NCBI GenBank assembly: GCA_013285465.1 | Contig: CP053449.1 | Span: 741,540-805,539, forward strand | Direction: 5' to 3' | DNA: 64,000 bases | Source of the DNA: Pseudomonadota bacterium | GTDB taxonomy: Bacteria > Pseudomonadota > Alphaproteobacteria > Micavibrionales > CSBR16-224 | Part shown: one piece after another, positions 36,795 to 46,050 of the stretch | How positions within the stretch are numbered: the first letter of the stretch is position 1 | Layout: each line of letters opens with the position of its first letter | The notes under the pieces: generated by a model | The model's input: the letters and a program-made list of their open reading frames with translations, nothing else | Told to the model about the DNA's origin: nothing | The model's database searches: none | Translations under genes and position numbers: made by a program

Positions 36795-37226
36795 ATGAGC
36801 TGTAGGATGGACAATATAGAGCGTTTGGATGATTGTAAAAAACGCTCTTTGTGGCGTGATTTACCTCATATTATTATCAGCATGTCCGTGGTGCTGGCAT
36901 TATTTTTTGCTCTTTATGCGCCTTCCGCACATACCATTCCCCGGATCGAATCCATATCGATTACGGCACCTGTACCGCTGAAGCCCCCCGCGATTGAAGC
37001 GGGAGACGTTGTGAAACTGGTCACGCGGGTACAAGGCGTACTGCAAATTCCAAGGCCGGGGGGCGACTCTCCTCATAAAAAATCACCTGCTCTTCTCCCC
37101 GATAAAGAGAAAATCGCTGCTTATTCCCGCTCTCAAAGCGCACATATTATTGAGAATTCGGGATATATCGCCTGTTGCCTGGCACATCATATATACCCGC
37201 GTGCGCCACCTGTTTTCCTTATATAA
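36795..37226 (+). CDS. hypothetical membrane protein (weak call)
   Basis: ORF only. One hydrophobic segment, IIISMSVVLALFFALYA. No Shine-Dalgarno or family recognised. Confidence 0.25.
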   Translation: MSCRMDNIERLDDCKKRSLWRDLPHIIISMSVVLALFFALYAPSAHTIPRIESISITAPVPLKPPAIEAGDVVKLVTRVQGVLQIPRPGGDSPHKKSPALLPDKEKIAAYSRSQSAHIIENSGYIACCLAHHIYPRAPPVFLI

Positions 37227-37318
37227 AAAATAATTGAACGTATATGCAACCAACTGTTTTGTTTAGATAAATAACAAAACAGCTGTTGCATGACATGCAT
37301 TTATATAAGGAAAGAAAA

Positions 37319-38164
37319 ATGGATAATATACTTATAGCCACGGATTTATCACCCGATAATGAGAATGTATTATGCAGGGCCATACAGCTTGCGCAGGCTT
37401 CAAAGGCAAAGCTGCATATTCTACATGTGTTTTACGCGTTGCGTATTCCGACCGTTAATCCACGGGAAATGACGGCAGAGCTTAATCGTCGTAAAGCATA
37501 TTTATATGAACTGATCGAAAAATATGAACGCAAAGCGCCGCTTTCATTCGCCTTCCATGTTGTAGATGAAGGCCGCGTCTATGACAGGATTGGTGAATAT
37601 ACTCTGGATATGGGCGCGGATTTAGTCATCATCGGAAAATCAGATAATGGTAAAGAAACCTCTTTTGCTGTTTCGACGACGACGGAACGTATCTGCGCCG
37701 AGAGCCGTGTGCCGGTTCTTGTCGTCTCCTCCGACCGGGACAGGCCGTATCACCGCATTCTTATTTGTGCGGATCGGCCGGATATACAAAAAACAGGGCT
37801 TGGTCTCGTTCTGCGCTTTGCGTCTGATGCACAAATCACACTCTTGCATATGGAGAAAATGGCGAGCGGTATATTGGCGCGGTTAAAAAGTGCATACCGT
37901 GAATGGCAATATAACCGTATTTTCGAGACGATGAACGCAATCATCGCGAGCAAAAAATCTGCGAAAGGCAGAATAATCCGTAAAGATGTTGCTGATATGA
38001 CACCGGAAATGCTGGCGCAGGAAAGTCGGGATAGTTACGCAGATTTGCTGGTGTTTAAGAAACGTCCGTCACAAACGCTGGCACATAAACCGGATAGTCT
38101 GACACGCATGTTGCTTAGAAATACATCGGCAGATTTGCTGATGGTCGGAAGGAGAAAGAAATGA
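37319..38164 (+). CDS. tandem universal stress protein (UspA) family protein
   Basis: MDNILIATDLSPDNENVL...KLHILHV and ADLVIIGK...PVLVV. The second half repeats the pattern (ILICADRP...ITLLHM...ADLLMVG). AAGGAAAG Shine-Dalgarno before the ATG at 37319. Confidence 0.65.
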   Translation: MDNILIATDLSPDNENVLCRAIQLAQASKAKLHILHVFYALRIPTVNPREMTAELNRRKAYLYELIEKYERKAPLSFAFHVVDEGRVYDRIGEYTLDMGADLVIIGKSDNGKETSFAVSTTTERICAESRVPVLVVSSDRDRPYHRILICADRPDIQKTGLGLVLRFASDAQITLLHMEKMASGILARLKSAYREWQYNRIFETMNAIIASKKSAKGRIIRKDVADMTPEMLAQESRDSYADLLVFKKRPSQTLAHKPDSLTRMLLRNTSADLLMVGRRKK

Positions 38165-38415
38165 TGTCTACACATGAAAATAAGAAAATACTAATCGACG
38201 CTGTGATGGGGGCGCTTATTGTCTCCAGTTTTATAACGATCGAAAGCGATGCTTTTCTGTTTGCGATCACCTATGTTCTTTTTGAGGGCTTTGTCAGGAA
38301 TATTGCATTTATTCTACTTGGCTTGGTGAGTGTCGCTTTTTTTCTGTGGTTTGCACATCACGCTTATTGGGTGCAACAGGAACAGCAATATTATGATGAT
38401 AATACATTAGCCTGA
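38161..38415 (+). CDS. small membrane protein (84 aa)
   Basis: ATGA overlap with the usp-like gene. Two hydrophobic segments. Confidence 0.35.
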   Translation: MMSTHENKKILIDAVMGALIVSSFITIESDAFLFAITYVLFEGFVRNIAFILLGLVSVAFFLWFAHHAYWVQQEQQYYDDNTLA

Positions 38416-39384
38416 TGGCGACATTTTCACACCGATGGCAACCCGCTCGCTCAAAATTTCCTTGCGGAACTGGAACAGCGCGGCGGGACGGCCGCCGGTT
38501 TTTTTCGACATTTCGCCGGTTTCTTCGACCAGGCGGTTGTTTTCCAACAGGCGGCGGAAATTCTGTTTGTGCAGTTGATAGCCGCCAATGGCTTCCATGG
38601 TTTTTTGCAATTGCAGCAGTGTAAAGCTTTCCGGCATCAATTCAAAAATGACGGGGCGGTATTTGATTTTGCCGCGCAAACGTCCGATGGCGGTCGCCAG
38701 AATGCGGCGGTGATCGTAACGCATGCTACGCCCCGGCACCAGCTCGTGTTCTTCCACAGCGGGGAGTTTTTCGCCTTTGTCGCGGAACACTTCCGGCAAA
38801 AGCCGTGCGGAATAGAGCAGCTCGTAACGCTCCAGCACCGGCTCGTAATCCCAGCCGCCGCCGTCATCGCGCATGGCAAAACAGGCGGCACAGCGGCGCT
38901 TGCGGTCGGTGCGTTCCGTTTGCGTTTCGGCGGTCTCGATCCAGCGTTTCAAGGACGGCAGGATATGCTGATCGATCATTTCGGGGCGTCCTTGCCGCCA
39001 GTCTTCCCAGGGCAGGAATTCATACCAGCTTTGCCACGGCACCAGTCGTTCCGCCTGGTCTTCTTCGCACCATGTCAGCGCCAGATAACCGACGGAGACA
39101 ACACGCTTGGCCTCTTTTCCCTTCATTGCAACACGTCCGCGGTTGCCGAAAGTATATAATTGTTCGACATAGCCGGGGGTAAAGGGTGTTTGCTCCATAA
39201 TCCATGCACGCAAACCCAGCTCCAGCGTTGTATGATTAACGGGGTCAAACGGCCCCGCCGGCAGCTGCGCAACGCCTTTTTCATCTTTGATAACAAGAAC
39301 TTCCGGCGTGTCAAATCCGTTGACGGAAACGATGACCGCGCTCAGTTCCAGTTCAATATTTTCTGTTTGGATATTCGTCGCCAT
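38407..39384 (-). CDS. Nudix-like / winged-helix transcriptional regulator of the NadQ-NrtR type
   Basis: N-terminal LSAVIVSV...LPAGPF...GLRAWI..QT...GYVEQLYTFGNRGR...SVGYLAL. C-terminal FTLLQLQKTMEAIGG..LHKQNFRRLL...GGRPAALFQF. Pattern recognition only. Confidence 0.55.
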   Translation of the reverse strand: MATNIQTENIELELSAVIVSVNGFDTPEVLVIKDEKGVAQLPAGPFDPVNHTTLELGLRAWIMEQTPFTPGYVEQLYTFGNRGRVAMKGKEAKRVVSVGYLALTWCEEDQAERLVPWQSWYEFLPWEDWRQGRPEMIDQHILPSLKRWIETAETQTERTDRKRRCAACFAMRDDGGGWDYEPVLERYELLYSARLLPEVFRDKGEKLPAVEEHELVPGRSMRYDHRRILATAIGRLRGKIKYRPVIFELMPESFTLLQLQKTMEAIGGYQLHKQNFRRLLENNRLVEETGEMSKKTGGRPAALFQFRKEILSERVAIGVKMSPSG

Positions 39385-39438
39385 GCTTATTTATATCGTA
39401 ATTTCTGCTGTTTTTCTTTAGTTATTTGTTCATTTTTC

Positions 39439-39546
39439 TTAATTTTTTCCTGTTTTCAAAAAAAACATTAACCTTTCTTAAAGAATTTCTTAATATATTG
39501 TTAGGGAGGGTTAAATTTACGCTAAAAGCCCTAAAGATTAAGAATC
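39439..39546 (+). promoter_or_regulatory. AT-rich ctrA upstream region with clustered TTAA half-sites and one GANTC site
   Basis: TTAA at 39439, 39468, 39478, 39490, 39511 and 39538. Near-matches to TTAA-N7-TTAA: TTAA-N7-TTAG (39490-39504) and TTAA-N7-CTAA (39511-39525). GAATC at 39542-39546. Confidence 0.3.
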
Positions 39547-39592
39547 ATAAAAAGAAACGCAGTTTAAAACTGTTAGAGTGAAGGAGATAATA

Positions 39593-40294
39593 ATGCGCGT
39601 TTTGTTGGTAGAAGATGATCCGTCCGTTGCGAAAAGCATCGAGCTGATGCTCAAATCCGACGGTTACACGGTCGATACGACGGATCTCGGGGAAGACGGC
39701 CTCGAAATCGGTAAACTCTATGATTACGATATCATTATTCTTGACCTGATGCTGCCGGATATGGACGGTTACGAGGTTCTGAAGCGTTTGCGTGCCGCCA
39801 AGGTCGAAACGCCGATTCTGATTCTCTCCGGCCTGTCGGAACTTGACAGCAAAATCAAGGGCTTGGGTTACGGTGCTGATGATTACCTGACCAAACCTTT
39901 TGACAAGCGTGAGCTGTTGGCGCGGATTCAAGCCATCGTCCGCCGCAGCAAAGGCCATGCACAGAATATCATTCAGACAGGCGATCTGGCGGTCAATCTT
40001 GACAGCCGCACGGTCGAAGTCGGCGGGAAATCGGTACATCTGACCAGTAAAGAATATTCCATTCTGGAACTGCTGTCGCTGCGTAAAGGCGCGACACTGA
40101 CCAAGGAAATGTTCTTAAACCACCTTTATGGCGGTATGGATGAGCCGGAACTGAAAATTATCGATGTTTTTGTCTGCAAACTGCGCCGTAAAATCGCAGA
40201 GGTTGCCGAAGGTAAAAACTACATCGAAACCGTCTGGGGACGCGGCTATGTGTTGCGTGATCCGGATCAGGAAGGCGCAACTGCCGCCGGTTAA
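39593..40294 (+). CDS. ctrA: cell-cycle response regulator CtrA
   Basis: MRVLLVEDD...[17 protein letters not shown]...ILILSG...[10 protein letters not shown] and the OmpR-type C-terminus ...[13 protein letters not shown]...[20 protein letters not shown] Shine-Dalgarno before the ATG at 39593. Confidence 0.95.
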   Translation: MRVLLVEDDPSVAKSIELMLKSDGYTVDTTDLGEDGLEIGKLYDYDIIILDLMLPDMDGYEVLKRLRAAKVETPILILSGLSELDSKIKGLGYGADDYLTKPFDKRELLARIQAIVRRSKGHAQNIIQTGDLAVNLDSRTVEVGGKSVHLTSKEYSILELLSLRKGATLTKEMFLNHLYGGMDEPELKIIDVFVCKLRRKIAEVAEGKNYIETVWGRGYVLRDPDQEGATAAG

Positions 40295-40297
40295 ATA

Positions 40298-41080
40298 TTA
40301 AGGTTTCAAATTTTGAATCTCGGAAAGGCGGCGAACGGCATGTTCGTCGCCTTTTTTCGCGGCTTTCTCATACCAGAATTTTGCCAGCGCGGGATTGGCA
40401 GCCAAATTGCCTTCACCGGAAAAATAGGCATCGCCGATCCGCCGGAACCAGAGGCGGGATTTTGTTTTCTCCGCCGCTTTCACAGCCCATTGCACGGATT
40501 TCCGCGCATCTTTTTCCAGCCCGTTCAAACCGTGCTGATAGGCACGGCTTAGCGCAATCGCGGCATGAAGATTATCATGCATGGCGGCTTTTTCCATCCA
40601 GTTATGCCATTGCGCCTCGTCGCGGGATTGGCCATTGCCGCTTTCCAGACACATCATCGCCAGATCATATTGCGCGGCGCTGTGTCCGGCCTCTGCCGCA
40701 AGGCGCAGCCAGTGCCGTGCTTTCTCCGGTTCCGGCGGGGTTTTGGTCAAACGGTAAAACACACCCAGACGGAAACGCGCATCGCCCGCATCCTGCTCCG
40801 CGGCTTTTAAAAACCAGTATTCGGCACGGCTCAGATCGGTCGCAACGCCGGTAAAATGGTCTTCGGCATACATAAAGCCCAACCGCAGCTGCGCCATACC
40901 GTGCCCGGCCTCGGCCGCTTCAAGATAGAATTTTTCCGCCGCAGGATAATCGGGCGGCTGCGCGGTAAAAAACTTCTCGCCGTCTTGAAACAGTGTTTCC
41001 GGGTCAAAGATAATCCGTGCCTCGGCACGGAAGGACAGAATCAGAATGAACAGGACGGGCAGGACATAGAGTTTTTTCAT
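40298..41080 (-). CDS. secreted Sel1-repeat (TPR-like) protein
   Basis: Signal peptide MKKLYVLPVLFILILSFRAEA. Repeated A..W..KAAE.G...AQ..LG..Y units. Confidence 0.8.
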   Translation of the reverse strand: MKKLYVLPVLFILILSFRAEARIIFDPETLFQDGEKFFTAQPPDYPAAEKFYLEAAEAGHGMAQLRLGFMYAEDHFTGVATDLSRAEYWFLKAAEQDAGDARFRLGVFYRLTKTPPEPEKARHWLRLAAEAGHSAAQYDLAMMCLESGNGQSRDEAQWHNWMEKAAMHDNLHAAIALSRAYQHGLNGLEKDARKSVQWAVKAAEKTKSRLWFRRIGDAYFSGEGNLAANPALAKFWYEKAAKKGDEHAVRRLSEIQNLKP

Positions 41081-41847
41081 GAGGGCATTTTCCGTTTCTT
41101 ATGCGCCATTTTTGTAATCAGCGGATCGGTCAGCCAGACGGGCAGACAGGCCAGCAGCCATGCGGAAATGGCCATCGGCAGAGGAAATAGCAGCCGTTTT
41201 TTGTTTTTTGCGATTCCGTCTGCAATAATTTTTGCGGCTTTTTCCGCGCTCATCAAAAACGGCATCGGAAAGGGGTTCACATCGGTCAGCGGCGTTTTGA
41301 TAAAGCCGGGGCAGATAACATTGACGCCGATGCCATAGGTTTTCAATGTCGGACGCAGCGCATCCCCCAATGCCCGTACGGCATTTTTCGCGGCGCTATA
41401 GGAAACGGCGGTCGGCATTCCCCGAAATCCGGCAAGCGAACTGATAACGGCAATCTGCCCGCGCCCGCGTTTTTTCATTGCCGGAATAAGCGGGTAGATG
41501 GTGTTGATGACGCCGCCAAGATTGACGGCGATGATTTTTTCGACGCTTTCGCGGCTTTCCTCGCCTTTTTGGCTTAATCCGGCATTGGCAATGACCAGTT
41601 CAATCGGAATGCCTGCATCCCACGCGCTGATCAGCCTGTCCATCGCGTCTTTATCGGTAATGTCGGCTGTGGCGGCAAAGACGGCGGCACCTTTCTCCTC
41701 GCAGGCGGCTTTGACGGCATCAAGGCGGGGCTGGTCCCGACCGGTCAGAAACAGCGTCACGTCTTTTTCCGCATAATGCCGCGCCAGCGCCGCACCGATG
41801 CCGCTGGATGCGCCCGTAATCAGAATGGAATGGAATTTTGTTGCCAT
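41077..41847 (-). CDS. short-chain dehydrogenase/reductase
   Basis: ILITGASSGIGAALA, NAG and YSAAKNAV. ATGA overlap with the Sel1 gene. Confidence 0.85.
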   Translation of the reverse strand: MATKFHSILITGASSGIGAALARHYAEKDVTLFLTGRDQPRLDAVKAACEEKGAAVFAATADITDKDAMDRLISAWDAGIPIELVIANAGLSQKGEESRESVEKIIAVNLGGVINTIYPLIPAMKKRGRGQIAVISSLAGFRGMPTAVSYSAAKNAVRALGDALRPTLKTYGIGVNVICPGFIKTPLTDVNPFPMPFLMSAEKAAKIIADGIAKNKKRLLFPLPMAISAWLLACLPVWLTDPLITKMAHKKRKMPS

Positions 41848-41934
41848 GAAGCCCTTGCCCTTATCCTGCTCAGATTGTATAAAAAACAATCACCTGTCTC
41901 GTCAATATAAGAGCAAGAAAGTATCTGGGCAAGA

Positions 41935-42600
41935 ATGTTACCGCAAAATATAAACCGTCGCGGCGTAATGCTGGTTCTCTCATCCCCCTCCGGTGCCGGA
42001 AAAACAACGATTTCGCGCCGCCTGATGGAGGAAGACAGCGGAATCAGCGTCTCCATTTCCGCCACAACCCGTCCCAAGCGGGAAGGCGAGATTGACGGTG
42101 TCCATTATCACTTTGTCAGCCGTGAAAAATTTGAAGAGATGATCAAAAACGAGGAGTTCCTCGAACATGCGACGGTTTTCGGCAATCTGTACGGCACGCC
42201 GCGCAAACCGGTGGAAGAGGCACTGGATCGCGGTCAGGATATTCTGTTTGATATTGACTGGCAGGGCACACAGCAATTAAAGGCTGTGGTACAAGGCGAA
42301 CTGGTTTCCATTTTCATCCTGCCGCCCTCGCTTGAAGAGCTGAAAGAGCGTTTGGAGGTGCGCGGGCAGGACAGTGATGAGGAAATTGCCTTCCGCATGA
42401 GCCGCGCCATGGACGAAATATCCCATTACGGTGAATATCATTACGCGCTGATCAATTACGATATTGATGACAGCCTGCACCGTGTACAAAGCATTCTGGA
42501 AGCAGAGCGCATGAAACGCCGCCGCCTGTTGGGGCTGTCGGATTTTGTGCGCAAATTCACTGAAATACCTGCACAGGCGGAGCGCCATGTCGGCGATTGA
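41935..42600 (+). CDS. gmk: guanylate kinase
   Basis: LVLSSPSGAGKTT, TTRPKREGEIDGVHYHFV and DIDWQG. Confidence 0.9.
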   Translation: MLPQNINRRGVMLVLSSPSGAGKTTISRRLMEEDSGISVSISATTRPKREGEIDGVHYHFVSREKFEEMIKNEEFLEHATVFGNLYGTPRKPVEEALDRGQDILFDIDWQGTQQLKAVVQGELVSIFILPPSLEELKERLEVRGQDSDEEIAFRMSRAMDEISHYGEYHYALINYDIDDSLHRVQSILEAERMKRRRLLGLSDFVRKFTEIPAQAERHVGD

Positions 42601-43426
42601 TAGGCTGCCGCCGCTGCGTACGGTGATTGCATCGCACGGACTCAGGGCAAAGAAATCTCTGGGACAAAACTTCCTTCTTGATCTGAATTTGACGGGTAAA
42701 ATCGCGGCATCGGCCGGTGATTTGACAGAACTCAATGTCATCGAAATCGGTCCCGGCCCCGGCGGATTAACACGTGCGCTGCTTTCGGCAGGGGCGCGGC
42801 ATGTTTATGCTTTTGAAAAAGACGTGCATTGCATCGGTGCCTTATCCAGTCTGATTGCGGCCTCCGATGGCGGGCTCAGCGTTGTCGAGGCCGATGCACT
42901 GGCCATCAATGTCGCGCTGGCGGTTCCCGCGCCGCGCGCGATTGTCGCCAATCTGCCTTATAATATCGCGACACCGCTGCTGCTGTCATGGCTGCGGCAG
43001 GTCACGGCCTTTCGCCATATGACGCTGATGTTCCAGAAGGAAGTCGCCGAACGGATCGTGGCGGTGCCCAATACCAAAGCCTATGGACGGCTGTCGGTGA
43101 TGGCGCAATGGCTGTGTCAGGTTAAAATCAATTTCCATCTGCCGCCGCAGGCTTTCACGCCGCCGCCAAAAGTGCAGTCCAGCGTTGTGCATTTCACCCC
43201 GAAAGGGATCGAGGAAAATGCGCCGTCTTTCGATGTGATGGAACAGCTGGTCGCCGCCGCCTTCGGACAACGCCGCAAAATGCTGCGCCAAAGCCTGAAA
43301 ACCGCACTCGGCGGCAAAACGGAATCACTGCTGGAAACGGCCGGAATTAAACCGACCCTGCGCGCCGAAGATCTGACCGTCGCAGACTATGTCCGCCTCG
43401 CGCAGATGATGTCATCGGAAATTTAA
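42587..43426 (+). CDS. rsmA: 16S rRNA (adenine1518/1519-N6)-dimethyltransferase
   Basis: KKSLGQNFLLD, VIEIGPGPGGLT, NLPYNI and FGQRRK. Start at the ATG at 42587. Confidence 0.9.
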   Translation: MSAIDRLPPLRTVIASHGLRAKKSLGQNFLLDLNLTGKIAASAGDLTELNVIEIGPGPGGLTRALLSAGARHVYAFEKDVHCIGALSSLIAASDGGLSVVEADALAINVALAVPAPRAIVANLPYNIATPLLLSWLRQVTAFRHMTLMFQKEVAERIVAVPNTKAYGRLSVMAQWLCQVKINFHLPPQAFTPPPKVQSSVVHFTPKGIEENAPSFDVMEQLVAAAFGQRRKMLRQSLKTALGGKTESLLETAGIKPTLRAEDLTVADYVRLAQMMSSEI

Positions 43427-43439
43427 AAACGAAAAATCT

Positions 43440-43673
43440 TTAGTGAACCGTCACAACATGCAACGCTGATTCATCAACGAAGTCTTCGATGATGATGCGG
43501 CTTTCATCTTCCAGCAGCACTTCGCCATTGGCGGCGGTCAGCTGATAGATGAAGTTGTTTTTCTGGAACACTTTGCGCAAGTAAGCAACATCGCCGAGGC
43601 CGATATTCTCAAAGCCGGGATGTGCCAGGCTGGGGCGGCTGAAATCTTCGTGCCAGATGCTTTTATCCATCAT
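43440..43673 (-). CDS. DUF1150-like small protein downstream of hsp20
   Basis: 77 aa. Overlaps the hsp20 stop. I recall the hsp20-DUF1150 pairing as common in alphaproteobacteria (recollection, not searched). Confidence 0.6.
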   Translation of the reverse strand: MMDKSIWHEDFSRPSLAHPGFENIGLGDVAYLRKVFQKNNFIYQLTAANGEVLLEDESRIIIEDFVDESALHVVTVH

Positions 43674-44154
43674 TTTTTTCTACACTCTCTACATCTATGG
43701 TGTTGTCGGCTTTTTTGCTCTTTTTATCTTTTTTGCTTTTGTCTTCAATTTCAATCATGCGCACGGCGGTTTCGGTGATAATGCGCTCCAGATCAATATG
43801 CAGCAAACCGTTATCCAGATGCGCGCCTTTGACTTCGATATCATCCGACAGCATGAAGGCCCGCTGAAACTGGCGCGTTGCAATGCCGCGATGCAGATAA
43901 ACGCGCTGCTCTTCTTCCTCCGGTTTGCGCTTTCCGCGGATCACCAGCTGGTTCTGTTCCATCTGCACGGTCAGATCATCCATCGTAAAACCCGCCACGG
44001 CAATCGAGATGCGCAAGCGGTTATCGCCGACCTGCTCGATATTATACGGGGGGTAACTGTCGGACGCATTACGGGCAACGCGGTCGACCATCCGTTCAAA
44101 ATCGTCGAATCCCAGCAGAAACGGGCTGTCAAAAATGGAAACACGGCGTGTCAT
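43663..44154 (-). CDS. small heat-shock protein (Hsp20/alpha-crystallin, IbpA-like)
   Basis: YPPYNIEQVGDNRLRISIAVAGFTMDDLTVQMEQNQLVIRGKR... and AHLDNGLLHIDLER. Confidence 0.9.
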   Translation of the reverse strand: MTRRVSIFDSPFLLGFDDFERMVDRVARNASDSYPPYNIEQVGDNRLRISIAVAGFTMDDLTVQMEQNQLVIRGKRKPEEEEQRVYLHRGIATRQFQRAFMLSDDIEVKGAHLDNGLLHIDLERIITETAVRMIEIEDKSKKDKKSKKADNTIDVESVEKNDG

Positions 44155-44352
44155 GGTCTTATCAACATCTCCCTCATACCTTAAGCGGAAACGATAACAA
44201 ACGCCCTCTGCCCAAAGGGGCCATCAGGCGACTCGCAAAATTACTTATATCTGTCATCGTAGCGCGTCTAGGTTAACCAAAAGTAAGCGGATTGCAAATA
44301 ATTTTTCCTTGACCATTTCCATGGAAGCGGCTAGTTTTTATGGCAACTTTAA

Positions 44353-44742
44353 ATGACAAGGTTTTTTATTGTGACGGCAAAGAAATATCATATCGCTGAC
44401 ATTCTCGGTGTAACGACAGGTGTTTTCCTTCACGAGGGACATTTCAGTGTGTTGCGCGATCTGGATGAGGATGTTGGGAAGGCTGAGCTGTACCGCCAGA
44501 TGCCGTGGCTGAAAAATATTCATTTTCCCAGTGATGCATTGCAGGATAAATCGCGTGAAGAAAAACGCGCCTCTATCGATAGCTGGCTTCAGGCCGTCAT
44601 CGACAAATACGGCGAAACCCATATGGTGTATCCGCGCGGTCAGGCACCGGCACAGCCGACCATGCCCAACCCGAGCAAGGCGACCGCGAATCCGCAAAAA
44701 ACGCTACGCGACTTTGTCCGCCGCCGGAAGAATTCGCCTTAG
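44353..44742 (+). CDS. hypothetical protein
   Basis: ORF only. No signal peptide and no confident family. Confidence 0.4.
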   Translation: MTRFFIVTAKKYHIADILGVTTGVFLHEGHFSVLRDLDEDVGKAELYRQMPWLKNIHFPSDALQDKSREEKRASIDSWLQAVIDKYGETHMVYPRGQAPAQPTMPNPSKATANPQKTLRDFVRRRKNSP

Positions 44743-45777
44743 GCTTTATAGACCTTTTTCTTGTCAATGATATGCACGTAATCCGGTGCCTGATAATCAG
44801 GCCCGCTGCGGCGCATCAGAATATCGCCGCGCTCCGCATACATATCCAGCGAGCTGTGGATGTTGACGCGGACAACTTTGTCCTTGCCCAGCAGATCGCC
44901 GAGCCCCTGTACGCGGTCGCCGTGACCGGCACCGAACAGAATCGCGGATTTCTCGCCATTTGCCATTTTCGTGATGGTTTTTGACAGTTTTTTGTCATCC
45001 GCCATACGTTTTGCCATTACGGCTTGGGAATCACTGCTTTGCAGTTTCTTCAATTCCGCAACGGAAATCGCGTTTTTCGGCTTTTTGCCTGAACCGTCTT
45101 TGCGTGCGGTGGAATTAAAGATATAGGAGGTCATCAGACGCTGGGTCACAACAGGCTTATCCGTGCCGCAATCCTTGGCATAGCGCAGAGCCTTATACAT
45201 CAGCGTATAGGAGGAACGCAGCGCCTCCAGATCCTTCTCCGTAAAGCCGGAACGGTCATCAGGGCAATGGGTTTTGACACCGTTATCCGCCCAGTAACGG
45301 ATGGCCTTTGCCATCATTTTCTGCGATTTCAGCATATCGGCGGCAATCGGATTATCGATTTTCGGCGCGTTCTCATCAATTTTGTAGATTTCCTTGGAAC
45401 GCTGCTGCATCTTTTTGACGAATTCCTCGTCATCAATCGTGCCGGCGGCGCATTCATCGAAAAATATCCTGATATTCCGGCTGATATTCGACAAAAACAT
45501 GTTTTACGCCGGCCTTGACCAGACGTTCGGCATTCTCTTCACTGAAAAAGAAATGATGAATGGCGGTATCGGTATGGTTGGTATCGCCGAAAAACAGATA
45601 TTGCTTGTCATCTGCCAGCGCAGTTTTGTAGAAATCCGCGGCATCGGCCTGCGGCTGCGCCTTCAGGCGGAAAATTTCCGACAGCGAGGCATCAATCTTA
45701 CCCGGATCATCCGTGGCGGCGGCTTTGCTCAGGTAAGAAACTTTCTCCATATGAGCTTTCAGCTTTTCCAAATCCAT
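44739..45777 (-). pseudogene. ChaN/TraB/Tiki-superfamily-like protein split by a 1-nt frameshift in an A5/T5 tract (45460-45464)
   Basis: Track ORFs 45454-45777 and 44739-45500 overlap. Removing one base of the homopolymer gives a continuous ...VKHVFVEYQPEYQDIFDECAAGTIDDEEF.... Motifs YLFFGDTNHTDTAIHH, VFVEY and AILFGAGHG resemble the GxxH / E / GxGH pattern of that superfamily. Confidence 0.5.
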
Positions 45778-46050
45778 CTTTTTCTCTCCTTTTTTGAAAC
45801 TTTCCCATAGTCTATTGTCAGGGATAAAGAGTCAAGCATAATCGGCATCATCACTCTTGCGCGGATTTCATACATTTCTATGCAAGCGATGCATAAAATA
45901 TGTTAGAATAGAAATATGGGTGAAAAACAAGCATATGACAGATAAGAGGCTGTTATTTCTTTCAAAAGTAAAATATTTCGTCTTCCTCTGACGCTTGCGG
46001 CTTTTGCGCTGTTTTTCCTGATCGGCGGAACGCCTGCTTTCGCACAATCT

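Noticed and set aside
38407-39384. The NadQ/NrtR-like regulator as part of a NAD biosynthesis locus
   Set aside because: No nadA, nadB, nadC, pncB or nadE genes lie nearby. The neighbours are ctrA and a USP islet, so no locus-level claim is made. The family assignment itself is only pattern-based.
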